Of a DNA stretch of 64,000 nucleotides, positions 19,303 to 29,256 are shown one piece after another; position 1 is the first letter of the stretch; each line of letters begins with the position of its first letter. The DNA lies in the NCBI GenBank assembly GCA_011364965.1, contig RDOB01000003.1, positions 304,939-368,938 of the forward strand. The letters are read 5' to 3'. The notes beneath the pieces are model-generated. The model saw only the letters and a list, made by a program, of their open reading frames with translations. It searched no databases and was not told the DNA's origin. A program made the position numbers and the translations under genes. The DNA comes from Candidatus Heimdallarchaeota archaeon (GTDB taxonomy: Archaea > Asgardarchaeota > Heimdallarchaeia > Hodarchaeales > Hodarchaeaceae).

Positions 19303-22300
19303 TTATCCTACTAAATTTGTCCAATCGAATCCTTGTTCAATTATCCATGTGCTATTAACATAGAAGTGCATTTTGTACCAACTAGTTAACCCGACAATTT
19401 CATCCACGCAAACTAGGTGTTCATGCGATGTAAACCATTTGTAAGCATCAGGATACTTAATAGCATAAGCAGGAACATCCCAATGGCTAGAATCATTGAT
19501 TATCACCCAAAATTTGATGTTTGGTCTATATCGATAATAGTTCTCCATTCCTGTCGTACTATTAGTTGAAAAAGGTTGATCACCAGTACCAACCACCTCG
19601 TATCCCAAATAGTACCGCATAGCAAATTGTGCTCCAGCCTCAGGGATCACCCAAGTAGAATAATTATAATTCCCACCATGTGTATTGACATATATTGATA
19701 TCTCTTGGAAATGCAAATCAAAGACTTGATTAGTATGAGCTAGGGCTGACACATTTATTAACATAGAAGATAGAACTAAAGTCAATATAATAAGCGCTTG
19801 GGGCTTCACATGGGATCTTAACCAATATAATCCTAATATGAGAAGAATGATACCAATAACTGTCACAACAGGAGCCCCGTGTTCAAAAGTGACTAATATC
19901 CACTGATAATCTAGAGTGATGATTGTTTCCAACAAATCATGGAAAATAGTTGAATAAAGTTTGTATGGGTTATTAAGCCACGATGCAATAAAGAAATAAT
20001 AAGCCAATCCTGTTGATATGATTCCTGGGAATGTTTTTGAAAATTTAAAAGCTATAACCGTGAAGGGAATAATTAAGATCACTGCAACAAAAAAGTAATT
20101 CCCAATGATATAATCTACTTCATTTATGAACGAATGTAAATCTATAGCGCCTGTTTGGAGTTGAGTGATTAATGAGAGGAGTAGCGGGAGTGGTGTTATT
20201 ATATATTGATAGGATACATGGAAATAAAACATCAATCCTGCTAGAAAACGTTCAATAGCATCATTAACAGTCAATCGTAGAGTTTCGTTTGAATAAATGA
20301 ACTCTAATCCCTTAGCACTAACTGCTAAATATGGAATAGCTAGAGGAATGTAATAATAGTTTAATTGGAATTGAGCTGGGAAAAAAACAAATGGAATAGT
20401 AATCAACCAAGCTAGGAAAAGAGAACCTAACGCAGGATTTTTCTTATCCGAAAAATAAAACGCATAAATTCCAATGAGGAAAAAAGGAAGAAATATGATT
20501 AATGTAAAGTCATTTACTGCACTCCCGATACTACTAGCTAGATCATATTTTGTAGCATGAGTATATCGCCAAGAGATATAATATTCAAAGAATAAAAAGG
20601 TGTATGTAACAGGATTCGGCCGCTGTTCATCCAAAGCAAGCTCGCCAGGAACACGAATACTCCAAGGAAATAACCCATTTGCTATATTTGTATCGAGATA
20701 TTGTACCCAAGCTACAAAAGGATAAAAACTTGTAATCAATAATAGAACCATTATTGTAAGAAAAATGAGATTGGATCGAAATCTAGTAGTTTCCTCAGGT
20801 GATCTATAAAAATCATTTAGAGACAATCGTGTTGAAAGGAAATTTTTGATTCGTGGATAGTATGAGACTAAAGGTAATAAGAAACACGAAACTAAAATCC
20901 CAAATAAGGTGATTGAAGCTGAATCACGTTCAAAAAATAACCCAAATAGTAATATTCCTGCAAACCAAATACCAAACCATAACCCTAAAATTCCAAGAGG
21001 AACAATATCCAAAAAGGAAAACACAACACGGAGAAAAGCATCATTCTTTGTAAGAAGGTCAAAAAGACACCCTGAAATAATAAAAACAGTCATTAAAGCA
21101 CAAATAGCTCCAAATAGAACAGATAGTAGCTCGAGTAAGATTAATGCAATAGCTTGATTGGATAATGGCCCTTCAGAGGCTATAAGAATCATTCCTTGTT
21201 CAGTAGCGGTTTGCGCAATAGATAGAATTGAAGCTGCAAGCCTTCCATAGAATATTTTTAACACGAAACTTCCTAAAAAACTGCTTATACCTCCAGCTAA
21301 AATACCAACTAGAATACTTTCTCGATTCAAATCCTTCTTTGAATCAGCTGTAAATTTCAAAAAAATTGAGTAAAATCCATAACTAATTACCAGTGATAAT
21401 ATAAAGCTTGATAATGCTAAACCAGAAATTATAAAAGAGATAATAAAGGAAAAAATTAAGGTAATAAGAGCATTGGGGTTAGAAATGTCATTTTTTAATG
21501 TAATGAAAGGACGAAGGTCTCTTATTATATCAGAGAGTTCATTTAATCGAATATGAGATTCAATATAACGGAAGAACAAGTAAATAGCGATAGCGGGAAA
21601 TGTTAACACTCCTTGCCAAGCTTTGGTTAAAATATTCAAAGTATTAATAAGAACAGTCAAAGAAAGTAGGAAATACCCTTTTTTTCGATTATCTTCCATA
21701 AAAACAGCATCGATAGCTCGAATTCCTATAAGCATCACCAGTGCCGACATAAATGCAACAAAAGGATCAATATAAGCAGTTCGACTATAAAAAGTCAGAA
21801 AGTGAACTAAGGCAACAAGTAAACCACCTACGATTGCTGCACTTTTGTTCTCCCTCTGATGACTAAAAAGTAAATAAGTTATTATTGCTAGACCTGTTCC
21901 ACCTAATATTACAATTCCCTTTGCTGCAAAAGTTGTACGTCCAAAAATATCCATTAATATTGCCCCTCCCCAGAACGCGACAGGAGGTTTATCAAAGAAC
22001 TGAAGTGTCACATTATTTCCAATGTAATATAAAGGTAGTAATGGACTATAATTTCCCTCAGTTAGACGAACCGCTATAGCAGTAAACCATCCCTCATCCC
22101 ACATATCTGTACTTGAAATATAACCAATTTTAACCCAGAAAGCGAGGAATCCTATTAGGATAAGGAATTTACTACTAGAAAAAATGTGGTTTATCCAATC
22201 TAAACTTTTTTTCGACAAGCTAAAAAGGCGCTCTTCGGGAGGACTTATATCGGGGAATATCCTGGGTTTAATTGAACCTAGATAAATTTTTTGGATTATA

Positions 22301-22686
22301 CTCTCCTTATTAAGTCCTTTTAATATCAAGCTGATTAAAAATGCGATCTCAAGGAAAATTAAAACTCCAAAGCCAATATTAATTAATGTTAAAATTAGAT
22401 CGTTCATAGAAACGTTTAATAAGTTTAAAATCTCTACAATCAGTTGAATTAGAGGATTAGAGGTAAATTTTGGCGTATTCAAACTGAAAACAATTGCATC
22501 ATAAAAAACTAACAGTTGAGATAAGAGAAAACCCATCAAAAAAATTGTTCCAAGTAGATACCAGGCATTTTCTTCTAAAAATCCACTGATTTTCTTTCGT
22601 TGAGGATTATTTTTTAGCAGTTGTATTATAGTGCCCTGCCACTGCATTTTCTGGTTCTCGCGCATTTTCTCTGGTTTAATATTCAC
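19303..22686 (-). CDS. Large ArnT/PMT-like (GT-C) membrane glycosyltransferase
   Basis: WDEG, FFDKPP, YIDP, TKAWQG, YYYIP motifs; very many TM segments. Confidence 0.75.
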   Translation of the reverse strand: MNIKPEKMRENQKMQWQGTIIQLLKNNPQRKKISGFLEENAWYLLGTIFLMGFLLSQLLVFYDAIVFSLNTPKFTSNPLIQLIVEILNLLNVSMNDLILTLINIGFGVLIFLEIAFLISLILKGLNKESIIQKIYLGSIKPRIFPDISPPEERLFSLSKKSLDWINHIFSSSKFLILIGFLAFWVKIGYISSTDMWDEGWFTAIAVRLTEGNYSPLLPLYYIGNNVTLQFFDKPPVAFWGGAILMDIFGRTTFAAKGIVILGGTGLAIITYLLFSHQRENKSAAIVGGLLVALVHFLTFYSRTAYIDPFVAFMSALVMLIGIRAIDAVFMEDNRKKGYFLLSLTVLINTLNILTKAWQGVLTFPAIAIYLFFRYIESHIRLNELSDIIRDLRPFITLKNDISNPNALITLIFSFIISFIISGLALSSFILSLVISYGFYSIFLKFTADSKKDLNRESILVGILAGGISSFLGSFVLKIFYGRLAASILSIAQTATEQGMILIASEGPLSNQAIALILLELLSVLFGAICALMTVFIISGCLFDLLTKNDAFLRVVFSFLDIVPLGILGLWFGIWFAGILLFGLFFERDSASITLFGILVSCFLLPLVSYYPRIKNFLSTRLSLNDFYRSPEETTRFRSNLIFLTIMVLLLITSFYPFVAWVQYLDTNIANGLFPWSIRVPGELALDEQRPNPVTYTFLFFEYYISWRYTHATKYDLASSIGSAVNDFTLIIFLPFFLIGIYAFYFSDKKNPALGSLFLAWLITIPFVFFPAQFQLNYYYIPLAIPYLAVSAKGLEFIYSNETLRLTVNDAIERFLAGLMFYFHVSYQYIITPLPLLLSLITQLQTGAIDLHSFINEVDYIIGNYFFVAVILIIPFTVIAFKFSKTFPGIISTGLAYYFFIASWLNNPYKLYSTIFHDLLETIITLDYQWILVTFEHGAPVVTVIGIILLILGLYWLRSHVKPQALIILTLVLSSMLINVSALAHTNQVFDLHFQEISIYVNTHGGNYNYSTWVIPEAGAQFAMRYYLGYEVVGTGDQPFSTNSTTGMENYYRYRPNIKFWVIINDSSHWDVPAYAIKYPDAYKWFTSHEHLVCVDEIVGLTSWYKMHFYVNSTWIIEQGFDWTNLVG

Positions 22687-22891
22687 TCATTTTCACCGAT
22701 AGTATCTTGTTTAGCATATTTTAGGCGTCAGTATATTTCGTTCCAAGCTGTAAAATACTAGCTTTTGTATTCTTTTAGGTTTGACTTATTGATCGTTTGA
22801 AACCCCATGACATTTAAGTCACTTGTGAATTCTCAAATAAATACACGATGGTCACAAGCTGATAAATTAAGCTTCTGACTATTAAGAATCA

Positions 22892-23335
22892 ATGATTTTT
22901 ACATATAATTTAACGGTGAAATATTTGCCTTTTTGGATTTACATGCTTTTAGTTGGACCAAAAACTCAAGGATACAATCGAAGAATATACACAGGTTATA
23001 CCAAATATTTAAGTTCACGGATACTTCAACATTCAGGCATCAGCTCAATTAAAGGAGCAAAAATGACACGAAAGCAACCAATAGAATTTGTTTATGCAGA
23101 GAGTTACCCTACCCAAAAAAAGGCAATGCAAAGAGAAAAACAATTAAAACATATACACCCATATAATAAAAAAGACTACAAACTTAAATTAATAATGCAA
23201 TTCCAAGAAAACAATGATGAGTTTATTAGAAGTATTAATGACAAATTAATTGAGTATTTTAAATTTCAAAAAGATTTTATTCAAGATTTGAAAAATTTAG
23301 AGAGTATTCTCTCTGTCCATCTAGATAATGTTTAG
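22892..23335 (+). CDS. GIY-YIG nuclease (Slx1/YhbQ-like) with coiled C-terminal tail
   Basis: WIYML...YTGYT..L..RI.QH...GAK.TR...AMQREKQLK. Confidence 0.85.
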   Translation: MIFTYNLTVKYLPFWIYMLLVGPKTQGYNRRIYTGYTKYLSSRILQHSGISSIKGAKMTRKQPIEFVYAESYPTQKKAMQREKQLKHIHPYNKKDYKLKLIMQFQENNDEFIRSINDKLIEYFKFQKDFIQDLKNLESILSVHLDNV

Positions 23336-23445
23336 ATTTAATTACGAAGGATTTATTTTATTCGTGTCATCCTGACAATAAAGTAATCTTTAAGTAAATT
23401 TGGTTTTACAGAAAATTAGATTGAAGTAGCTCTTGGATGTGATCT

Positions 23446-24897
23446 TTGTACGTGACGTTTGAAATTCTGATTGGAGTTTTTATCCTATTAATACTTAGTA
23501 CTGTAATTCTAATCAGATATTTGGAACTTATCCCAACACTGCTCTTTAGGTTGATAGAGGCCTCTCAAGTAAAACATGGTTATACTTACAGAAATCCAGA
23601 AGAGTTCGGATTAAAAGCAGAACTTTTAGAAACCAAAGTGCAAGACCTTGAGATTCTAATATGGCACCTACCAAGTCCAGATAACCTCGACTCTGCAGTG
23701 ATAATGGTTCCCAACTGGTATCATCCAGCAGACCATGAAAATAATCTTATAACTGCTGGGATAATCCAAACTGCAGGTTACAATGTATTCCTACCGGTTT
23801 TTCATTGGAGTATTGAAGGACAGGTTTATCAGAAGCACAAATACTCACCGAAAACTTACCGAATTATTATTGAAGCACTTTATGATTACGTCTCTGAAAT
23901 GGAGAATATAGATATTCGTAAGATAGGAATTTGGAGTAATGAGTCTGGAGCATATCAAGCCTGTCAATTAACCAAGAATTATCCAATTAAAGCAATTATT
24001 TTGGAGGATGGGCCTGTCAGTTTAACAGAAATATTATACAATTTGCTTTGTGAGCGCGGTGCTTACCTCCCAAAAGTTTTCATTAGATTTGCATTATTTC
24101 CTTTTGTTTGGCGTAGTAGATGGCAACCAAAAAATTGTATCAAGAATATTAGAACTTGTCCTAGTTTTCTTATGATTAACCGCGAAAACTGTAATAGTAA
24201 CGCGCTTAAGAAATTCAATAATTTGTATAAACCTAAACAATTATGGTTTGAACACGCTTTTCTACCAAAAGGAGGGATTAAACAAAATTGGTTTCAAGAA
24301 TATTCAATACAAATACATACTTTCTACGATAAATGGATCCATGAATTACAAAAACCAGAGTTAGATTACGAATTATCGAAAAAGAAGGTGAAAGGAAAAT
24401 ATCAATGCCAGATTCGGATATCTGCTATCCCTCCTCAGATGGATACAATTCCTCTGCAAATTCTTTTAGGATCAAAAAAGGGAAAACTTCATGAAGTTCG
24501 TCTGTGGTTTACTGGAGCTGTAATTCGATTTAATCAGGAACTAGACTTCAATCCTATATATATCTCAATTCTTCGATTTAATAATGTATCAAAATTAGAT
24601 ACAACCAATATTCAATGGGTCAAAAAGGACGCTCATGAGTCCCTGCTTAGTACAATCTCGAATTTAAATTTAATTTCGGTTAACTGGATAAAACCTTATT
24701 TGGATCGATATTTCTTTCTAAAATGCGTTTTACAGAGCGAAAAAGGAGAAAAGGATTCCGCAATTGTAAGTTCAAATTCTATAAAATCACGTTTTTGGAA
24801 GAAGCGCATTAATAAAGATTCTGATACACGCAGGATTTTCATAAAAGATGATAATGTCGTGGAAGTCACGACAGGGTTACCATTTGCTGAATTTTAA
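23446..24897 (+). CDS. Membrane-anchored alpha/beta-hydrolase-fold protein, probably inactive
   Basis: N-terminal TM; PEEFGL..E; AGYNVF; IDIRKIGIWSNESG replaces GxSxG; IKAIILE. Confidence 0.6.
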   Translation: MYVTFEILIGVFILLILSTVILIRYLELIPTLLFRLIEASQVKHGYTYRNPEEFGLKAELLETKVQDLEILIWHLPSPDNLDSAVIMVPNWYHPADHENNLITAGIIQTAGYNVFLPVFHWSIEGQVYQKHKYSPKTYRIIIEALYDYVSEMENIDIRKIGIWSNESGAYQACQLTKNYPIKAIILEDGPVSLTEILYNLLCERGAYLPKVFIRFALFPFVWRSRWQPKNCIKNIRTCPSFLMINRENCNSNALKKFNNLYKPKQLWFEHAFLPKGGIKQNWFQEYSIQIHTFYDKWIHELQKPELDYELSKKKVKGKYQCQIRISAIPPQMDTIPLQILLGSKKGKLHEVRLWFTGAVIRFNQELDFNPIYISILRFNNVSKLDTTNIQWVKKDAHESLLSTISNLNLISVNWIKPYLDRYFFLKCVLQSEKGEKDSAIVSSNSIKSRFWKKRINKDSDTRRIFIKDDNVVEVTTGLPFAEF

Positions 24898-24944
24898 ATG
24901 TATAAACCTCAAATTCATAATTCATAGGTAGACGATCAACTCTA

Positions 24945-24959
24945 ATTTTGGATATTTAA
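24945..24959 (+). promoter_or_regulatory. Shared promoter element copy (ATTTTGGATATTTAA)
   Basis: Identical 15-mer upstream of radA; 31 nt before ATG 24990. Confidence 0.7.
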
Positions 24960-24989
24960 GAGTAACATGGTATCCTAATTAGAACAAAG

Positions 24990-25451
24990 ATGTTGTTAGG
25001 GAATTTCATTCGGGATCCAGAATGGATTAATTATGAAACTTTATTTTTCTTACTTACATTAGGAAAATATGACTCAATTTTTACTTTTAATTCTGACAAT
25101 ATTTTTATCCAAGAGTTCAGTATTTTCATAGAGAACATTAAAAGCAAGCTTGATCATATTGAAGAGATAATTAAGCAGGAAATAAGCAAATTTATTCAAA
25201 AAACTCACCAATACTCTACTGCTAGTGAAACGATGCATATTGAATTTTTACATTATGTTTCTTTACTTGATGGAAGTTTCTTAGGACTGGGATTAAGAAT
25301 GTCTACTGATGACAAATTAATGCGTTTATCTTTTGGTTATACTCCTGAGAGTAGACTTGAAAGAGCCATGTTTTTGTTATCTAGAGGAATTTTACAATCA
25401 AATTATCATTCTATCTCTCAAATTGAATATTCACTACCTATCAAGGTGTAA
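24990..25451 (+). CDS. Hypothetical protein
   Basis: 153-aa ORF, first gene of a tightly coupled three-gene unit. Confidence 0.6.
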   Translation: MLLGNFIRDPEWINYETLFFLLTLGKYDSIFTFNSDNIFIQEFSIFIENIKSKLDHIEEIIKQEISKFIQKTHQYSTASETMHIEFLHYVSLLDGSFLGLGLRMSTDDKLMRLSFGYTPESRLERAMFLLSRGILQSNYHSISQIEYSLPIKV

Positions 25452-25453
25452 TC

Positions 25454-26164
25454 ATGCAAATAATTACGCCATCTTTACTTAGATCGTACCTGGAGTGCCC
25501 ACGATTTTATTATTTATCGCATATCATGAAATTTAGTTTGGCTCCAAACAAAGAACACTTGGAAGACTCTCAGCTTGCTTTTCAAGTGAATGAACTGCTC
25601 ATCCGAAATTTATCCTTCATAATGGGCATGAATTTTAACAATCCCAATCATTTATTTGACACTGAGATCATGGAGAATCTAACTCAAAAAATTTGTCAAG
25701 CTTTTAGGTTTTTTATCAAGCACTTAACTCATAATCAGAATTTTAGTGAGCGAATTCAATATGCATTTAATAAAATGATCCAAGCCTCTGATAAATTATA
25801 TCAAGGGAGACCATCTGTATTAATTTTCTCTTCTGTTAACTCAGTAGCAATTTTTATACATACTTATAGGAATGAGTACCCTCAGTCCAGAAATTTTGGA
25901 TTCACTCAAGCTTTGATGTATGCTTATATTTTAAAATCTCACAATTATAACCCAGTTGAGTTTATTTATGTAAATTACAAGACTGGTAATTTAATTCATA
26001 AAGAAATCCAAGAAAAACACTTTAGAGAATTAGAAAAGACAACTGAAAGATTTATTCGAAATCTAGAGGAAGAGAAATTCTTACCAATTTATCATTCGCC
26101 ATGTCTATATTGTGAATTTCAAATACTTTGCGAACAAGGAGAGATATTTTATGGATTTGTTTGA
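25454..26164 (+). CDS. Cas4/AddB-like PD-(D/E)XK fold protein with 4Fe-4S cysteines and a degenerate active site
   Basis: TPSLLRSYLECPR; QALMY (QxxxY); C-terminal CLYCEFQILC; GRPS and FIHTY where G..D and DYK are expected. Confidence 0.7.
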   Translation: MQIITPSLLRSYLECPRFYYLSHIMKFSLAPNKEHLEDSQLAFQVNELLIRNLSFIMGMNFNNPNHLFDTEIMENLTQKICQAFRFFIKHLTHNQNFSERIQYAFNKMIQASDKLYQGRPSVLIFSSVNSVAIFIHTYRNEYPQSRNFGFTQALMYAYILKSHNYNPVEFIYVNYKTGNLIHKEIQEKHFRELEKTTERFIRNLEEEKFLPIYHSPCLYCEFQILCEQGEIFYGFV

Positions 26165-27041
26165 TATTATATACATGGGATTTGTTGATTTCTTAAGTTG
26201 GTACTCCCAAGAAGCCCTGAACGGGGTAAATCTCATCGAGTTCTTTTCTAAGCAGTTTATGATCTATATTCTACTTCAAATTGTTATGTACTTTTTACCT
26301 TTTATCAGAAAGTTCTTGAATGTGATTTGTTTACCTTTCCGCTGGATTCATGTCTATTTGCACGTGTATGAAGCAAAATTAATAATAGAAGAACTCCAAA
26401 AACAAAGAGAAAGTGGTGAAGAGGATGATTCAGGATTTGATCTAGATTCAGGGCAAATTCGTTCGAGTTTAATTTCTGGCCTTGACGTCTCTGATGAAAA
26501 TCCAGGTTTATTAATGGCTTTTAATCAATTAAAACATGCTCAACGTGTTGCCCTTGCGCCGAATAAGTTCGCGATCTTTATGCTAATCAGTTATATCATC
26601 CTTGCTCCCCTCGCTTTTGCCACAGGTGAGGTCTTTACTACCCAAATCGGGTCTTTAGTACATTTATACTTTTTTTTGGGAATTTTTGGAATCATGATGC
26701 CGTCGATGAATGACTGGTACTTTATATTTCATTCATTTCTAATCTCCTCTTTAAACATTAGACCTATTTGGATCTACTTTTCTCTAATTGTTTATATATG
26801 CTTTACAATTGAATTATTTTGGCGAACAGGTAATTTATTCATCGCTATCTTTGTAAGTACGTTTATATTTCTCTTCTACTTGTTTGGAATAGTAATATCT
26901 CATTATTTAGCAGTATCGGGGAAGCTTGGCTCTAAACTTAAGGATACGAAAATATTTTTCATCCCATATACCTCTCAGAAAAATTTTTCTACTGAAGAAA
27001 CTGATATCGAATTTTTAGCGTTAGAGGATCTCGAAATATAA
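26112..27041 (+). CDS. Polytopic membrane protein, distant zinc-metalloprotease-like (HxxxH); start probably ATG 26151
   Basis: Multiple TMs; WIHVYLH, VALAP and SMND resemble HExxH/LAP/SxxD of M50-like membrane proteases, but without the catalytic Glu. Confidence 0.5.
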   Translation: MNFKYFANKERYFMDLFDIIYMGFVDFLSWYSQEALNGVNLIEFFSKQFMIYILLQIVMYFLPFIRKFLNVICLPFRWIHVYLHVYEAKLIIEELQKQRESGEEDDSGFDLDSGQIRSSLISGLDVSDENPGLLMAFNQLKHAQRVALAPNKFAIFMLISYIILAPLAFATGEVFTTQIGSLVHLYFFLGIFGIMMPSMNDWYFIFHSFLISSLNIRPIWIYFSLIVYICFTIELFWRTGNLFIAIFVSTFIFLFYLFGIVISHYLAVSGKLGSKLKDTKIFFIPYTSQKNFSTEETDIEFLALEDLEI

Positions 27042-27059
27042 ACCAAATAAACTGAGAGA

Positions 27060-27761
27060 TTAATCAAATAATCTAAAGGAATCCTGTCCAAGAGATTGCT
27101 CAAAAAATCTAAGATTGAGTATATGAGAGGAGTTAGTTTTCGAGATTATAAATTCAATTGGCACAAAAGGAGTAATTAAATGCTTACCTGATTGATTCAA
27201 GGGAATAAAAGATGCAGTATCACTTTCAGATGAAATAAAGTTATTTGTCATCATAATCGGGATATGCTTTGATCTCGCTAAAGATTTGAGACTCAATAAG
27301 AAATCGAAAATTTTTCCTTCCCAAATTTTATTCTTTTTATAAAAATACTCAAAAGCATCAACTGGAGCACCAAAAATAGAGTCTATAATGATAAAGTCGA
27401 ATTTTGTATTTAATTCGTTAAAAAAGATCATCAGTTCCAGTAGGGACTTAGGATTGAATAAAGAAATTTGAGCTAGTAAGGATTGGTTTGAAATGGATTT
27501 TTCCAGGACATTTTTTCTTAGGTGACCTTCAAGATTACAATAGAGAACATGAGATTCAGGGAAGTGTTTAAAGAACAGCTTTACACTTCTCAGACAAAAA
27601 TTTGTTTTCCCAACGCCAGAATCTCCGATCACGCCATGGAGGAAACCTGGCAATAACCCGCCAATCGTATCATCAATAATGGAGATGTTTAAAGGTATTG
27701 AATTTTGTTTATTCCATAAATTAATGATATCAGAGACTGAAGTTACTTTTAATGAACTCAA
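27060..27761 (-). CDS. RecA/RadA-family paralogue (RadB/Rad51-paralogue-like, no N-terminal HhH domain)
   Basis: IDDTIGGLLPG, Walker A GDSGVGKT, VLYCNLEG, Walker B FIIIDS, LARSKHIPIMMTN. Confidence 0.8.
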   Translation of the reverse strand: MSSLKVTSVSDIINLWNKQNSIPLNISIIDDTIGGLLPGFLHGVIGDSGVGKTNFCLRSVKLFFKHFPESHVLYCNLEGHLRKNVLEKSISNQSLLAQISLFNPKSLLELMIFFNELNTKFDFIIIDSIFGAPVDAFEYFYKKNKIWEGKIFDFLLSLKSLARSKHIPIMMTNNFISSESDTASFIPLNQSGKHLITPFVPIEFIISKTNSSHILNLRFFEQSLGQDSFRLFD

Positions 27762-28198
27762 ATGAAATTATCCCCCACTCTAATATTTTTACACATCATT
27801 TCTGAAAATAGTTTTTCATCAGTTATGATAAATATGTTCATGCCTTTAGCTAATTCAGTTATCCCTACATGTTCTTCAGGTAGAATTCTATGGAATTTGG
27901 GAATATGAATGATAAGTGTTTGAAATCCTTGATCTTTTAATAAAAATAATTCAGACACATTGAAAATTTTGCTGAATGTATATAAATCGGGGATCTCTAG
28001 AAAGTATAGTTTTGATAATATTTCAGGTAAATCCTTTAAACACGTTAAAATATAGTATATTGGGATTTCTTGAAACTCAATCCATAATATAGGAGAACGA
28101 ATAAGTGGTAATAACTCTGAGGATAGAATTTTCATTATTGCGTCATTATATCCCCCGATAATAGAGATTAGCTCATTAGTGGCATAAACTGGTGTCAT
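27758..28198 (-). CDS. Minimal degenerate RecA-fold protein lacking Walker A
   Basis: Segments collinear with the RecA core: ELISIIGG, PILWIE, ILSKLYFLEI, FQTLIIH, ELAKGMNIFIITD; stop overlaps the start of the RecA paralogue. Confidence 0.5.
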   Translation of the reverse strand: MTPVYATNELISIIGGYNDAIMKILSSELLPLIRSPILWIEFQEIPIYYILTCLKDLPEILSKLYFLEIPDLYTFSKIFNVSELFLLKDQGFQTLIIHIPKFHRILPEEHVGITELAKGMNIFIITDEKLFSEMMCKNIRVGDNFI

Positions 28199-28203
28199 AA
28201 AAC

Positions 28204-29256
28204 TTAATCTCCTATGATCTCTGGTTGATCAATTAATTTGTCACCTTTAGCAGCTAATGATTCTTGATATACAAGATAGAATGGAATTCCAAGGAGAAAG
28301 ATGAACATAATTGGAAACATAATCCACTCAGGGATAGGATGATTGCCTAAAATAACTAGGGGGTGGGAAGTAGGTAATAATCTATTAAATACAGAAAATT
28401 CTATCGTAATTAGGATTTCACCTTGGTCAATGTTATAGCTAGGATTTACTATTACATCAAGTTCTAGAACCCCTTCAGCAGGAATACCACCAGAAAAACT
28501 TAGGTTGGCTATATTTCCATTGGAAACAAAATGATTTTCGTTATATATTCTAATATAATCTATATTACTCCCCTTAACCGCAATTCGAGCTATTCCATCA
28601 ATAGAGATATCATTTTGAGGTTTAATAAATACTAAGGTGCTAATCAAGAGCGGTTTCCCAAACAAACCAAAAGAGACCTTATGAATAAGGTAATGACGAG
28701 AAATCGATAAAGGAGATAGTTCAAAAGTCTCTTTTAACTGAGTAGAATTTAATCCAATTATCTCAGATTGAAGAATAGTAAAATCAACATCGGGTTGTCT
28801 CCATGAAATACTATGCTCTAAAATTATGCTAATATTAAGTAAAAATGAATCTGAGATTAGAGATGAATTTAACTTTATTATAAGTGATTGAGGGATATCA
28901 AACTGATAATTTAGTGCTTTTATCAACCCAATTTCCTGGTAAGTAGCAAAAACAGTTCTTTGGGTCGCACCATTCATTTCAGTAGAGATAATGACGCTTT
29001 CTATGGACTCACCATGATTCTGAACAGTCAAATTCAATAATAAATGATTCCACTTCTGATTCATAATACAATATCTTGAAAATGTGGATTTAATTTCTGT
29101 TAAGCGAGTATTTAGTCCAATGTTAACGTACTCGCATTTTAAATCTTTATTAATCAAAGAAGGTGGTAATGAATTGGTTTTGCTGATAACAAGATCATTA
29201 GTGTATAGAAATAGAAGTAAACTAACTATAATAAGGTGGTTTATTGATTGACGCAT
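28204..29256 (-). CDS. Secreted, C-terminally membrane-anchored beta-rich protein
   Basis: N-terminal signal; C-terminal TM WIMFPIMFIFLLGIPFYLV. Confidence 0.65.
   Translation of the reverse strand: MRQSINHLIIVSLLLFLYTNDLVISKTNSLPPSLINKDLKCEYVNIGLNTRLTEIKSTFSRYCIMNQKWNHLLLNLTVQNHGESIESVIISTEMNGATQRTVFATYQEIGLIKALNYQFDIPQSLIIKLNSSLISDSFLLNISIILEHSISWRQPDVDFTILQSEIIGLNSTQLKETFELSPLSISRHYLIHKVSFGLFGKPLLISTLVFIKPQNDISIDGIARIAVKGSNIDYIRIYNENHFVSNGNIANLSFSGGIPAEGVLELDVIVNPSYNIDQGEILITIEFSVFNRLLPTSHPLVILGNHPIPEWIMFPIMFIFLLGIPFYLVYQESLAAKGDKLIDQPEIIGD

Noticed and set aside
25454-26164. CRISPR-Cas locus suggested by the Cas4-like gene
   Set aside because: No repeat-spacer array or other cas genes were seen in the window
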